Positions 1 to 10,645 are shown, counted from the stretch's first letter. The stretch: DNA of 64,000 bases from Candidatus Velthaea sp. (GCA_965214935.1 CBDCCS010000018.1:429122-493121); one strand, 5' to 3'. The notes: a model not told the origin generated them from the sequence alone. A program made the numbers and translations.

Positions 1-242
1 ATAACGACCTGGCCGTCGTGATCAGTAATTTTACGGCGATACCGCGGTCCCAATATCGGATCGGTGTGGCGGTGCTCGGCACGTATACCGAGGCGCTCAA
101 CACCGACGATCAGGCGTATGGCGGTAGCGGTGTCGCCAATCCGCCCCTCATTGCCGAAGCCGTCACCGCACACGGTAAGCCCTACTCGATCCTCGCGCAA
201 TTACCGCCGCTGGCAACCGTGATCTTAACGCGCACCTCGTAA
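1..242 (+). CDS. glgB: 1,4-alpha-glucan branching enzyme, C-terminal fragment (cut by window start)
   Basis: VVISNFTAIPRSQYRIGV...LNTDDQAYGGSG...LPPLATV is the typical GlgB C-terminal beta domain; adjacent to glycogen genes. Confidence 0.88.
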   Translation, partial: NDLAVVISNFTAIPRSQYRIGVAVLGTYTEALNTDDQAYGGSGVANPPLIAEAVTAHGKPYSILAQLPPLATVILTRTS

Positions 243-314
243 AGGCAAACAGCGTTTGCGCGGGCCCCGGCGCGAACGGCTGCGAACACATTCGGGGCAC
301 CGCGGAGCGTTATC

Positions 315-1643
315 ATGAGCGTACGGCCGGCCGACCTTCCACTTACCGTGCACACCCCGGCCGTGCCGCCGGGCTTGCCGCAGTTGCCGCAACACGTTGC
401 GATTCTCTCATTCGAGGGACCCGACCGGTATGCGTCGATCGGTGGCCTCGGTACGCGGGTGAGTGCGCTGGCGCGAGCGCTCGGTAACGCCGGCCACGAT
501 GTCGAACTTTTCTTCGTCGGCGATCCGGCGATGAAGCCGGTCGAAGCGTGGTCGCCCGGTGTGACGCTGCGACGCTGGTGCGGCTGGATTTCCGCCCAGC
601 ATCCGCGCAGTGCATACGACGGCGAGTCGGAAAAGATTGCCGATCTCGAATCGAGTTTGCCGGCCTATTTGATCGATTCGGTCATCGCACCGGCCGCCGC
701 GAAAGGCGAGCGCGTTCTGGTCATGGCCGAAGAGTGGCAGATGGCGAATATCGCGATCGTGCTCGATGCCCGGTTGCGCCAATGCGGCTTGCGCGCGGCC
801 GCGACGATCCTTTGGAACGCCAATAATTCATACGGCTTCGAGCGCATCGATTGGCCGGCGCTGCAGCGTGCCGCGACGATCACGGCGGTCAGCCGCTATA
901 TGAAATTCGAGCTCGCCCAGTGGCGCGTGCCCGCGCTCGTTATTCCGAATGGGATCGACGAGCGGTTATTACGCGGAGCCGATCCGGCGATGGTCGCCGA
1001 AGTCAAAGACGCGTTTGCCGGCAAGCCGACGCTCTTTAAAATCGGCCGCTTCGATCCGGATAAGAATTGGCTGCAAGCCATCGATGCGCTCGTCGAGTTG
1101 CGTGCAGCCGGCATCCCGGCACGGCTCGTCGTGCGCGGCGGGAAGGATCCGTACGGCGAAACGGTCATGGGTCATGCGCGCAATCGCGGTCTGGTCGTCG
1201 AGCGGATGTCGTACGAAGGGACGGATGGCCGTCGCGTCATTGCCGGCCTACGTGAAGCCGAGGCCGCCGTCATCCACGTTCGGCCGTTTCTCGACGAAAA
1301 AACGTTGTTTGCACTCTATGCCGGGTGCGATGTGGTGCTTGCCAACAGCGGGAAAGAACCGTTTGGATTAGTCGGACTCGAAGTTATGGCAGCCGGCGGC
1401 GTCGTCGTGTGCGGCTCGACGGGTGAAGAGTACGCCGATCCGTTCGTCAACTCGCTGGTTTGCGACACCGGTGACGGCAGCGAACTCGCGACGTATTTGC
1501 GCACGCTCTTTGCCGATCCGATGCTGCGCGAGGAATTGCGCGCGCATGGTGCGATGACTGCCGCACACTACACCTGGACGCGTGTCTTAGCGTCGCTCGA
1601 ACGCAAAGTCGCTTACGTCGAGTCGCGCTTCGACGTCGCGTAA
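315..1643 (+). CDS. GT4 (GT-B) glycosyltransferase, possibly alpha-glucan synthase-like
   Basis: N-terminal IGGLG loop, GRFDPDKN, EPFGLVGLEVMAAG signature. Confidence 0.85.
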   Translation: MSVRPADLPLTVHTPAVPPGLPQLPQHVAILSFEGPDRYASIGGLGTRVSALARALGNAGHDVELFFVGDPAMKPVEAWSPGVTLRRWCGWISAQHPRSAYDGESEKIADLESSLPAYLIDSVIAPAAAKGERVLVMAEEWQMANIAIVLDARLRQCGLRAAATILWNANNSYGFERIDWPALQRAATITAVSRYMKFELAQWRVPALVIPNGIDERLLRGADPAMVAEVKDAFAGKPTLFKIGRFDPDKNWLQAIDALVELRAAGIPARLVVRGGKDPYGETVMGHARNRGLVVERMSYEGTDGRRVIAGLREAEAAVIHVRPFLDEKTLFALYAGCDVVLANSGKEPFGLVGLEVMAAGGVVVCGSTGEEYADPFVNSLVCDTGDGSELATYLRTLFADPMLREELRAHGAMTAAHYTWTRVLASLERKVAYVESRFDVA

Positions 1644-1653
1644 TCGGCGGTCG

Positions 1654-2352
1654 TCAACCATCGGCTGCCCGAACCGGACACGACGCGAACGTCGTGACAC
1701 TCGGCGATCTGAGCAGTGCGTTTAGCCGGAGTATCAGGCCGGTCTCCTCGGCGAACGGAATGAGATCGTCGGGATACATCAAACCGCGCTGCGGATGTTG
1801 CCAGCGAATCAAGGCCTCGGCGCCGTTGAGCCGGCCATCGCTGCGCACTTGCGCTTGGTAATGCAGCTCGAATTGGTTGTCGACGAGCGCACGTAACAGG
1901 TCGACCTCGAGTGCCGCACGTTGACGGACCACCGCCTCCATGGCCGGATCGAAAAAGCGGCAGGCGTTCCGGCCGGTCTCTTTTGCTTTGTACATCGCAA
2001 GATCGGCATGTTTGAGCACGTCCTCGGCTGAGGCTGAGTCGTCTTGAAAGAGCGTGAGGCCGATACTGCCGGACGTCACGTGCGTGATGTTGCCGAAGTG
2101 AAAGCTCGTATTGAGCAGCGCCAAGATTTGCTGTGCGATCGATTCCAGGGCAGCGGCAGCTTCGGCGCGATCGCGACCGATGTCGATAACGACGAGCACG
2201 AATTCATCGCCGCCGAGCCGTGCGACCGTATCGCCTCGGCGGACGCCCGTGCAGAGGCGCTGAGCGACTTCGCGCAGCAGCAAATCGCCGACATCATGCT
2301 TCGATCGACGGTTGCGGGCGCCCGCGTCGTCGCAATCGTGGGCAAACTTCAC
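1654..2352 (-). pseudogene. Truncated GGDEF-EAL protein fragment
   Basis: HDVGDLLL...RRGDTVARLGGDEF...ADLAMYKAK...HYQAQ...AEALIRW; the GGDEF N-terminal DLDxFKxxND strand is missing and the EAL domain stops after about 55 aa (no DDFGTG). Confidence 0.7.
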
Positions 2353-4382
2353 GCGCCGCGCGGCCGCGATTCGCGTAGCTCATCACATACCGCGATGAAT
2401 TGCGGCTCGGCGGCGATCGTCTCGATGTCGAGCCCGAGCTTGCGCCGCCAATTCGGATACTGATCCCAGGTTCCGGGCACGTTGATCGGCAAGACTTCGC
2501 CCAAGGCATCGTCGACTTGCATCATCACGATGCGGGCCGGCGAGCGGGCTAAGAACCGGTGCGCGGCGATCATCACGTCTGCCGGGGATGCGTCCGCGCC
2601 GGCAAGATCGCCCGACGCAACGAGCAGCGCAACGAGCCGTTGACGATCGGTCTCGCGTTCGACATGCTCGTCGGCAATACGCGCCGGATCGCCGACACCC
2701 AGACTCGCGCGCAGATCGATGTCCGAGCCGCCGATCCAGGCGGCAAACGTTGCCAGGTCGTGCGTCCCGATCGCCGCGAGACTGAGCGCCGGATACTGCT
2801 CGGCGATAATAAAATTTGCGTCGGCTTGTCGCTCGAAAAAAAGAATCCGATAGGAGAGAACGTGCGCTTGCGCCATTCGTTCGCGGAAGCCCACCGGCAC
2901 CGTGCCGAGGTCTTCGCCGATGACGCTGCAGCGTGCGCGCACGCTTTCGAGCGCCAGCACGCCGAGGACGTCCTCGAACGGATAGCCGACATAGGTGCCC
3001 TCGAGTGCCGAACGTCCGCGCGGACTCCAGAATAGCCGGGCCAGCGACATGACGTGATCGATGCGCAACGCGCCGGCATCTTGCATGTTCGCGCGGAACA
3101 ACTCGGCCGCGGTGCGATAGCCGTCGCGCGCAAGACCCGTCGGGTGGAGCGGCGGCAGGCCCCAGTCCTGACCGTCCGGATTGAGCATGTCGGGCGGCGC
3201 CCCGACGCTCACGGATGAAACATACGCCTGCGGGTCGATCCAGACGTCCGCTCCGCTCGCGTCGACGCCGACGGCAAGATCGCGGTAAATCGCCACGGCA
3301 TGGCGTTGGGCAACCTTCGCGGCAGCGCTCAATTGGCGTGCGGCATGATACTGCAAAAACATCGAATACTCGACCGCCGGCCGTTCGGCGCGCGCGAACG
3401 CCTTGACGTCGTCGGTCGCCGGATCGCGATAGCTCGGCGGCCACGCGGCAACGTCGCGGCCGAACCGCTCGACGAGCGTCTCGAACGTCGCGAAGCGCTC
3501 GAGTGCCGTGCCGCCGTCGGCGATGAATGCGCTGAACTCCGCATCGTCGCGACCGTGCTCGTGCACAAGCGCGAAGCACGCGCGCAGAATGATGTCTTTG
3601 GCCGCCGCAACGCCGATGTAATCGACGATCGATGTCGCGCGCAGCAGCTGCAATTGCGCTTGAAAATCCGGTGCGTCAATCGTGCTCCGCACGCGCGGAT
3701 CGTGAGATTGCGCAAGCGCGTCGACATCGATATACAACCAATTGAGAAAGCGCCGCGACGTCGGCGCGTACGGACTCGCGGCGTCGGGATCGGTGCGATG
3801 CGGCGCATGTAGCGGGTTGACGCCGACATAATCGGCGCCGGCCTCGGCAGCGATCCGGATAAATTGAGTGAGATCGGTAAAATCGCCGATGCCCCAATTT
3901 CGTTCCGACCGTAACGTATAGACCTGGACGGCGATACCCCAGCGCTGGCCGCCCGGCGGCGTATACACAGCCGGCGGAACGATGACAAGGAAGCTTTCGG
4001 CGCTGCCGTAACGGCCTGCGTCGAGCGCGATGCGGTGATAGCCGAGCGGGAATGCGCCCAGTGCAAGGCTGCGCCGGTCGAACGTCCGGCCCATTCGCTC
4101 GAACGAGCCGGTTACGGGCGCATCGCGTAGTTCGGCGGTCCCGTGTCTGGCGCTGCCGTCTTCGAGTGCGATCGTCCAGCTGACGCGCTCGGTCCAGCTC
4201 GCGGCGGGCAGCGTAATCTCGACGGCCGCCGGCCGGTCGTCGCGCACGACCGTTGCCGGCAGCAGCATATCTTCGGCGTGCGCTTCGCCGCCGAGCAGCG
4301 CGACGAAGGCATCGAGGGTTGCTTGCGGTACGACGCGCTCGACCCCGAAAGCATCGGAGTAGCGCGCGTCGGGTGCAGTCAC
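2349..4382 (-). CDS. malQ: 4-alpha-glucanotransferase (amylomaltase, GH77)
   Basis: WGIGDF, SPYAPTSR, DLAVG, QDWGLPP, LRIDH, GEDLG, THDL, NVPGT..YPNWRRK; GTG start overlaps the glgX stop (GTGA). Confidence 0.93.
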   Translation of the reverse strand: MTAPDARYSDAFGVERVVPQATLDAFVALLGGEAHAEDMLLPATVVRDDRPAAVEITLPAASWTERVSWTIALEDGSARHGTAELRDAPVTGSFERMGRTFDRRSLALGAFPLGYHRIALDAGRYGSAESFLVIVPPAVYTPPGGQRWGIAVQVYTLRSERNWGIGDFTDLTQFIRIAAEAGADYVGVNPLHAPHRTDPDAASPYAPTSRRFLNWLYIDVDALAQSHDPRVRSTIDAPDFQAQLQLLRATSIVDYIGVAAAKDIILRACFALVHEHGRDDAEFSAFIADGGTALERFATFETLVERFGRDVAAWPPSYRDPATDDVKAFARAERPAVEYSMFLQYHAARQLSAAAKVAQRHAVAIYRDLAVGVDASGADVWIDPQAYVSSVSVGAPPDMLNPDGQDWGLPPLHPTGLARDGYRTAAELFRANMQDAGALRIDHVMSLARLFWSPRGRSALEGTYVGYPFEDVLGVLALESVRARCSVIGEDLGTVPVGFRERMAQAHVLSYRILFFERQADANFIIAEQYPALSLAAIGTHDLATFAAWIGGSDIDLRASLGVGDPARIADEHVERETDRQRLVALLVASGDLAGADASPADVMIAAHRFLARSPARIVMMQVDDALGEVLPINVPGTWDQYPNWRRKLGLDIETIAAEPQFIAVCDELRESRPRGA

Positions 4383-6460
4383 AACGCGCGCCCCGCAAAT
4401 ACTGCGAGCGAACGCGTGCGCAATATGTACGCCTCGCGTGCTTCGAGCGTCGCACCGGAGGCCGCTCCGCCGTCGAGCGACGTATCGAGCGCTAGCGTCC
4501 ATTCGATTCGCGCCGGATCCGGTAATTGAAACTTTACGTCGATGTCCGCGGCGTTCAAGAGCATTGCGATGAGCGGCCGGGCGCCGAAGAAGACGCCGAT
4601 CGCACGCAGCGGCTGATGCCAATCGTGTGCCGTCATTTCACCGCCCGTGTCGCGCAGCCAGGTAATGTCTTTGCGGTTCGTACCCGGCAGGGGCGCGCCG
4701 CGGAAGTAGGCGTCGCTGTTGAAGGCGGGCAGCCCCTTGCGCATGCGAATGATCATCTGCACGAAGTCCGTTAACGCAAGATCGCGGTCGGTCCGGCCTT
4801 TCCAATCGAGCCACGAGATTTCGCTGTCCTGACAGTAGGCATTGTTGTTGCCGCCCTGCGTGTTGCCGAACTCGTCGCCGGCAAGCATGAGCGGGACGCC
4901 CGACGAGAAAAAAAGTGATGCCAGCAAATTACGCTTCTGGCGTTCGCGTAACGCCAGCACGTTCGGATCGTCGGTCGGCCCTTCAACCCCGCAATTCCAA
5001 CTCTCGTTGTCATCGGCACCGTCGCGATTTCCCTCGAAATTCGCGTCGTTGTGTTTGCCGTTGTAGGCGACCAGATCGGCTAACGTGAAGCCGTCGTGCA
5101 CGGTCACCAAATTGATACTCGAACGTGGCCGGCGGCCGTCCCAGGCAAATAGGTCGCTCGAGCCTGCCAAACGCGATGCGAGCTCCGGCAAGACGCCGTC
5201 GGTGCCTTTCCAGAATCGCCGGATCGTATCGCGGTAACGGCCGTTCCATTCCGACCAGCCGGGCGGAAAATTCCCAACTTGATAGCCGCCCATCCCGAGA
5301 TCCCAGGGCTCGGCGATCATCTTCACGCGCGAAAGAACCGGATCTTGCGCGACGGCTTTGAAGAATGCCGCGTCACGCGCGTACCCGTTATTTTCGCGTG
5401 CAATCGAAACGGCGAGATCGAAACGGAAGCCGTCGACATGCATCTCTTCGACCCAGTAGCGCAGCGAGTCCATGACGAGTTGCAACACACGTGGATGGCG
5501 CAGATCGAGCGTGTTGCCGCAGCCCGTCGAATCGTCGTAAAAACGGGCGTCGCTCATCGTGCGGTAATACGATTTGTTGTCGATCCCGCGCAGCGAGAGC
5601 GTCGGCCCGAGGTGATTGCCTTCGGCGGTATGGTTGTAAACGACGTCGAGGATGACTTCAATGCCGGCTTCGTGCAGCAGCTTGACCATCGTCTTGAACT
5701 CACTCAAGCCGCTCGTTAAATACCGCGGCTCCGGTGCGAAAAACGCCAGCGAGTTGTAGCCCCAATAATTACGCAGACGGCGTTCGATGAGAAACCGGTC
5801 GTCGATAAAGGCGTGAATCGGCAGCAGTTCGACCGCGGTGATTCCCAGATCGACGAGATAGGCGATGACCGCGGGTGCCGACAATCCGGCGAACGTCCCG
5901 CGCATCGCCGGCGGCACGTTCGGATGCAGCTGCGTGTAACCGCGCACGTGCAATTCGTAAATGATCGTCTGCTGCCATGTGTTGTTGGGGCGCCGGTCGT
6001 CGCCCCAGGTAAAGGCGGTATCGCAAACGACGCCCTTGGGTACACCCGAAGCGTTATCGCGCCGGTCGAACGAGAGATCGCCGTTGCGCGCACCGATCCG
6101 ATAGCCGTAGTGCGCGTCGCTCCAGCGCATGCTGCCGCTCAATTCGCGCGCATACGGATCGACGAGCAGCTTATGATGGTTGAAGCGGTGGCCGCTGGCG
6201 GGATCGTACGGACCGTAGACGCGATAGCCGTACAGCGTTCCGGGACGCGCGTCGGCCAGATAGCCGTGCCAGACTTGGTCGGTATATTCGGGCAATTGAT
6301 GGCGCACCAGTTCGCGCCGGCCGCGTGCATCGAAGATGCACAGTTCGACTCGTTCGGCATGCGCTGAGAAAAGCGCGAAATTGACGCCTTTTCCATCCCA
6401 TGTTGCGCCGAGTGGGAACGGCTGCCCGGGCGCGATGCGGCGACGCGCCGCCGAGTTCAC
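4379..6460 (-). CDS. glgX: Glycogen debranching enzyme (isoamylase type, GH13)
   Basis: PLGATWDGKGVNFALFS, NYWGYN, DVVYNH, VDGFRFDLA, IAEPWD, HDGFTL, GNNNAYCQD; start estimated at GTG 6460. Confidence 0.96.
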   Translation of the reverse strand: MNSAARRRIAPGQPFPLGATWDGKGVNFALFSAHAERVELCIFDARGRRELVRHQLPEYTDQVWHGYLADARPGTLYGYRVYGPYDPASGHRFNHHKLLVDPYARELSGSMRWSDAHYGYRIGARNGDLSFDRRDNASGVPKGVVCDTAFTWGDDRRPNNTWQQTIIYELHVRGYTQLHPNVPPAMRGTFAGLSAPAVIAYLVDLGITAVELLPIHAFIDDRFLIERRLRNYWGYNSLAFFAPEPRYLTSGLSEFKTMVKLLHEAGIEVILDVVYNHTAEGNHLGPTLSLRGIDNKSYYRTMSDARFYDDSTGCGNTLDLRHPRVLQLVMDSLRYWVEEMHVDGFRFDLAVSIARENNGYARDAAFFKAVAQDPVLSRVKMIAEPWDLGMGGYQVGNFPPGWSEWNGRYRDTIRRFWKGTDGVLPELASRLAGSSDLFAWDGRRPRSSINLVTVHDGFTLADLVAYNGKHNDANFEGNRDGADDNESWNCGVEGPTDDPNVLALRERQKRNLLASLFFSSGVPLMLAGDEFGNTQGGNNNAYCQDSEISWLDWKGRTDRDLALTDFVQMIIRMRKGLPAFNSDAYFRGAPLPGTNRKDITWLRDTGGEMTAHDWHQPLRAIGVFFGARPLIAMLLNAADIDVKFQLPDPARIEWTLALDTSLDGGAASGATLEAREAYILRTRSLAVFAGRAL

Positions 6461-6464
6461 GCCG

Positions 6465-7817
6465 TCACTCGATAAGCAGCCGCGCGAGACTGGGAAACGC
6501 TTCGGCATACGTCGGGTGGATGTGCACCGACCGTTCGAGTGTGCGCCACGTGCTGCGGGCCTCCATATGGGCGAGAAAGACATGCACGAGTTCGCCGGCT
6601 TCATAACCGACGAGCGTCGCGCCGAGAATGCTGTCGTTGGTTGTGTCGACGACTAGCCGGTAAAATCCGTTCGTTTCGTTCCATTCGATCGCGCGCGCAA
6701 CGCTATCGAGTTCGAGCGTCACGCAACGCGCGGCGTGGCCTGCCTGCAGCGCAGCTTCGTGCGTTAGTCCGACGCGTCCGACTTGCGGATCGGTGAACAC
6801 CGCGTAACCGAGCACCCGATCGTGGCGCGTGCGCGACATGTCGCCGGCGAGAATCGCTTTGAGCCGCCGATAATCTTCCCACGAGACGTGCGTGAACTGC
6901 GCTTGGCCCGCAACATCACCCAATGCGTAGACGCCGGGAACGGCAGTTCGCAAATGTTCGTCGACCGCGATGTAACCGCGGGCGTCGAGTGCAATGCCCG
7001 CTTCCACGGTACCCGGCGGCACGTTCGGCGTTCGGCCTGCCGCGACGAGCAGTGCTTCGCCTTGTAGCGTTTCACCGCCGCCGCAATGCACGCGATACGT
7101 CGTGCCGTCGAAACGTACCGCTTGTGCATGGACGCCCAGATGGAGGACGACGCCGTCGCGCTCGAGCGAGCGTTGCAAGGCGGCCGAAACCTCCGGCTCT
7201 TCGGCTGCCAGCACGCGGTCCGCGCTGTTTACGATGTGCACCTCGCTGCCGCAGCGGGCTAAGCCTTGTCCGAGTTCGAGCCCGATATAGCCGCCGCCGA
7301 TAACGATCGTACGGCGCGGCAACGTCCGCTGATCGAAGAAATTGAGGTTGGTCAGCGTCGGGACGCCGGCGATTCCGTCAAGCGGCGGCATCGCGGGCGA
7401 CGTTCCGGTATCGATGATGATTGTTTGCGCGGCGTACGTTTGGCCGCCGGCAACGAGTGTGTGCGGGCCGCTGAAAGCAGCCTCGGCGCGGACCAGCGCG
7501 AGCTGCGGATGTTTGGCGAATTTCGCCTCGACGCCGCCGTTCCAATCCGCAACCGTCGCACGCACGCGGTCCATGACGGCGGCGAAATCCACCCGCACGT
7601 CGGCATGGACGCCGATATCCGCCGCTCGGCGGGCGCGACCGGCTGCATGCGCCGAGGCCAGAAACGCTTTCGAGGGCGTACATCCGACGTTGACGCAGCT
7701 TCCACCCAGCCGGCCGCGCTCGAACACGACGACACGCTTACCGTCCGCGGCAAGGTCGAGTGCAAGCGGAACGCCGCCCTGACCCGTACCGATAACGGCA
7801 ACGTCGAATGTCTCCAT
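6465..7817 (-). CDS. Class I pyridine nucleotide-disulfide oxidoreductase (LpdA/MerA/RclA-like)
   Basis: GTGQGG FAD motif, GGSCVNVGCTPSK redox disulfide, GGGYIGLE, C-terminal HPTYAE; no terminal Cys-Cys pair. Confidence 0.9.
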   Translation of the reverse strand: METFDVAVIGTGQGGVPLALDLAADGKRVVVFERGRLGGSCVNVGCTPSKAFLASAHAAGRARRAADIGVHADVRVDFAAVMDRVRATVADWNGGVEAKFAKHPQLALVRAEAAFSGPHTLVAGGQTYAAQTIIIDTGTSPAMPPLDGIAGVPTLTNLNFFDQRTLPRRTIVIGGGYIGLELGQGLARCGSEVHIVNSADRVLAAEEPEVSAALQRSLERDGVVLHLGVHAQAVRFDGTTYRVHCGGGETLQGEALLVAAGRTPNVPPGTVEAGIALDARGYIAVDEHLRTAVPGVYALGDVAGQAQFTHVSWEDYRRLKAILAGDMSRTRHDRVLGYAVFTDPQVGRVGLTHEAALQAGHAARCVTLELDSVARAIEWNETNGFYRLVVDTTNDSILGATLVGYEAGELVHVFLAHMEARSTWRTLERSVHIHPTYAEAFPSLARLLIE

Positions 7818-7869
7818 GGCGGCAAGCTCCTACCCGTTTCGTGGCCGAGTGCGGCGCCCGGCGAGCACG

Positions 7870-10581
7870 CTAATGGCGCGTGAGCAGTGCTACCGGAACG
7901 TCGAAATCCCAGGCCAGCGGCGGGTGCTCCGCGCCGGCGTATTCGGCGACCTGCTGGATCAATTTCGCGACCAGCGCCGTCCAGCCGGTTTGATGCGACG
8001 CGCCCAGTCCGGCTCCGGTGTCGCCGTTGAAATATTCGTAAAACGCAATATAGTCGCGCCAGTGCGGATCGGTCTGAAATAACGCTTGAGCGCCGTTGGC
8101 GGGCCGGTTGCCGGCGTTATCGCGCCGGAACAAGCCGATCAAACGCTGGGCCAAATCGATCGAAATATCCCACAGCGTCAATTCCCGACCCGAACCCGTC
8201 GGATACTCGACTTTAAAATCGTTGCCGAGGTAAAAATGGAAGCGCTGTAGCGACTCGATGAACAGATAATTGAGCGGAAACCATACCGGACCGCGCCAAT
8301 TCGAGTTGCCGCCGAAGGTCGCCGTCGTCGATTCGGCCGGCTGATAATCGACCCGAAACGTCGCGCCCGCGACGCTCAATACAAACGGATGCTCGGCGTG
8401 GAATTTCGAGAGCGAACGCAATCCGAACGGACACAGAAACTCGTCTTCGGCGAAGAACCGGCGCAGGACACGCTTGAGCTTTTCCGGCGTGACGATCGCC
8501 ATCAGCCGCCGTTCTTCAAGACCCTTCTTTTCGAGGTGCGCAACGTTCTCGCTCAACTCCGGGCGGTTACGGATGAACCACTCGATGCGTTTCTTTAAGC
8601 GCGGCAGCTTGTCGAGTGCACCGCTCGAAATCGTTTCAACCGCGAAAAGTGGAATGAGCCCGACCATCGAGCGTACCTTGAGTGCGATGCGCTGCTTGTC
8701 GGGCAAAAACAGCTGGTCGTAATAAAAGCCGTCGTCGTCGTCCCACAGACCCTCGTCGTCGGCACGCAGCGAATTCATCGCGTCCGCGATGTATAGGAAA
8801 TGCTCGAAAAACTTCGACGCGATGTCTTCGTAAACCGCATCGTGTTTGGCTAATTCCACCGCGATCACCAGCATGTTGAGCGAGTAGACGCCCATCCAGC
8901 TCGTGCCGTCGGCTTGCGCGAGATAGCCGCCTGTCGGCAGCGCCGAACTGCGATCGAATACCCCGATGTTGTCCAGACCCAAAAAGCCGCCTTGAAAGAC
9001 GTTCTTGCCCGCGACGTCCTTACGATTGACCCACCAGGTAAAGTTCAACAGCAGCTTCGTAAAGACGCGCTCGAGAAATGTGATGTCGCCCGTGCCGTAG
9101 TGCTTGGCTTCGATTTTGTACGTGCGGTACGCCGCCCAGGCTTGCACCGGCGGATTGACGTCGTCGAAGGCCCATTCATACGCCGGAATCTGGCCGTTGG
9201 GATGCATGTAGAATTCGCGCGTCAACGTGAGCTGCTGCGCTTTGGCGAATCCCGGATCGATGATTGCGAGCGGAATAACGTGAAAGGCAAGGTCCCATGA
9301 CGCGTACCACGGGTATTCCCAGGTGTCGGGCATCGACAGAATGTCGTCGTTGTAAAGATGAATCCACGCGGCGTTTCGGCCGTGCAGCCGCGATACCGGC
9401 GGCGTCGGCATGAGCGGATCGCCCATGAGCCAGTCACGCACGACGTAACAATAATATTGCTTGGACCATAAGAGTCCGGCGAACGCCTGCCGCTGGATTT
9501 GCCGTTCGTCGTCGGTTAAATTACCCGGGACGACCGTCTGGTAGAAGACATTGGCTTCCGCGATTCTGTCGTCGAAAACGCCGTCGAACGAGCCGTCGAT
9601 CCCGGCGCTCGCAGAGTGATCGGTCAGCCGTAAACGAATCGTTTGCGTCTCGCCCGGCTGGAGCAACAGCCGGTAGTGCAGCGACATCTTCGTACCGACG
9701 CGAGCACGATTGATCGTGTTCGATTCGCCGCCGACGATGTAGCGGTCGATGCCGTCTTTGGTAAAGCGCGTCGGACTTTGCGAGTTGAACGCTTCGCGAT
9801 AATTCGTCTCGTTGTCGGTGAAGAGGCGGTCGCCCGCGGCGGCATCGTGGAAAAGCCAGCGTTTTCCCAGCGTCGCATGTTCGAGCACAACGGCGTTTGC
9901 ATGATGCGGCGAGTCGGCGATCGATGGTTTGGGGACACCGGCGCGCCATGCCCAATCGTTGCGAAACCACGTCGTGGGCAAGATGCGTAAGGGCGCAGCG
10001 ACGTTCGCGCGATTGGTCGCGCTGATCCGGATGAGAATGTCGTCGATGTCGCACTTGGCATACTCGACGGTAATGTCGAAATATTTGTCGTCGGCAAAGA
10101 TACCGGTATCGACCAGTTCGTATTCCGGATCGTTACGCGTGCGTTCGCGGCTGACGCGCAGCAGTTCTTCATAGGGAAAGCGTCGCTGCGGGTACTTGTA
10201 CGCCGCCTTCATGTACGCGTGCGACGGTAGATTGTCAAGGTAGTACCAGTACTCCTTAACATCTTCACCGTGGTTACCTTGCGGACCGGTTACGCCGTAA
10301 AAACGCTCTTTGAGAATCGGGTCGTTTTCGTTCCAAAATGCCGGCGCAAAGCATAACCGCTGATGGTTGTCGCTGATACCGAGAATGCCGTCTTCGCCCC
10401 ACCGATATGCGCGAACGCGCGCCTGTTCGAACGGAAAATAATCCCACGCCGTGCCGTATTCGCTGTAGTCTTCGCGAACGGTACCCCACTGCCGGTCGCT
10501 TAGATACGGTCCCCAACGCCGCCAATGCGCCGTACGCCGTTCGGCGGCGATGATACGCTGACGTTCGGGATTGATATCCAT
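7870..10581 (-). CDS. GH63/MGH1-like glucosidase
   Basis: WRRWGPYLSDRQWGTVREDYS, WEYPWYASWDLAFH, GGNSNWRGPVW, GLGASHQTGWT; start set at ATG 10581. Confidence 0.88.
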   Translation of the reverse strand: MDINPERQRIIAAERRTAHWRRWGPYLSDRQWGTVREDYSEYGTAWDYFPFEQARVRAYRWGEDGILGISDNHQRLCFAPAFWNENDPILKERFYGVTGPQGNHGEDVKEYWYYLDNLPSHAYMKAAYKYPQRRFPYEELLRVSRERTRNDPEYELVDTGIFADDKYFDITVEYAKCDIDDILIRISATNRANVAAPLRILPTTWFRNDWAWRAGVPKPSIADSPHHANAVVLEHATLGKRWLFHDAAAGDRLFTDNETNYREAFNSQSPTRFTKDGIDRYIVGGESNTINRARVGTKMSLHYRLLLQPGETQTIRLRLTDHSASAGIDGSFDGVFDDRIAEANVFYQTVVPGNLTDDERQIQRQAFAGLLWSKQYYCYVVRDWLMGDPLMPTPPVSRLHGRNAAWIHLYNDDILSMPDTWEYPWYASWDLAFHVIPLAIIDPGFAKAQQLTLTREFYMHPNGQIPAYEWAFDDVNPPVQAWAAYRTYKIEAKHYGTGDITFLERVFTKLLLNFTWWVNRKDVAGKNVFQGGFLGLDNIGVFDRSSALPTGGYLAQADGTSWMGVYSLNMLVIAVELAKHDAVYEDIASKFFEHFLYIADAMNSLRADDEGLWDDDDGFYYDQLFLPDKQRIALKVRSMVGLIPLFAVETISSGALDKLPRLKKRIEWFIRNRPELSENVAHLEKKGLEERRLMAIVTPEKLKRVLRRFFAEDEFLCPFGLRSLSKFHAEHPFVLSVAGATFRVDYQPAESTTATFGGNSNWRGPVWFPLNYLFIESLQRFHFYLGNDFKVEYPTGSGRELTLWDISIDLAQRLIGLFRRDNAGNRPANGAQALFQTDPHWRDYIAFYEYFNGDTGAGLGASHQTGWTALVAKLIQQVAEYAGAEHPPLAWDFDVPVALLTRH

Positions 10582-10645
10582 CGGTGCTGCAAATCCGAAA
10601 TTGGCGCAAGGTTTCCTTTCAATGCAGCGCCTATGCCATGTAACG

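Noticed and set aside
243..314. c-di-GMP-I riboswitch (GGCAAAC start)
   Set aside because: Lacks the GAAA tetraloop/receptor and second stem; only an imperfect hairpin is present
2383..3579. Long Arg-rich alternate-frame and antisense ORFs (also 38702-39787, 47964-48923, 62565-63641)
   Set aside because: Typical shadow ORFs of high-GC coding DNA, lying over well-supported genes and without motifs
6465..7817. Mercuric reductase (merA)
   Set aside because: No C-terminal Cys-Cys pair, no NmerA domain and no mer genes nearby
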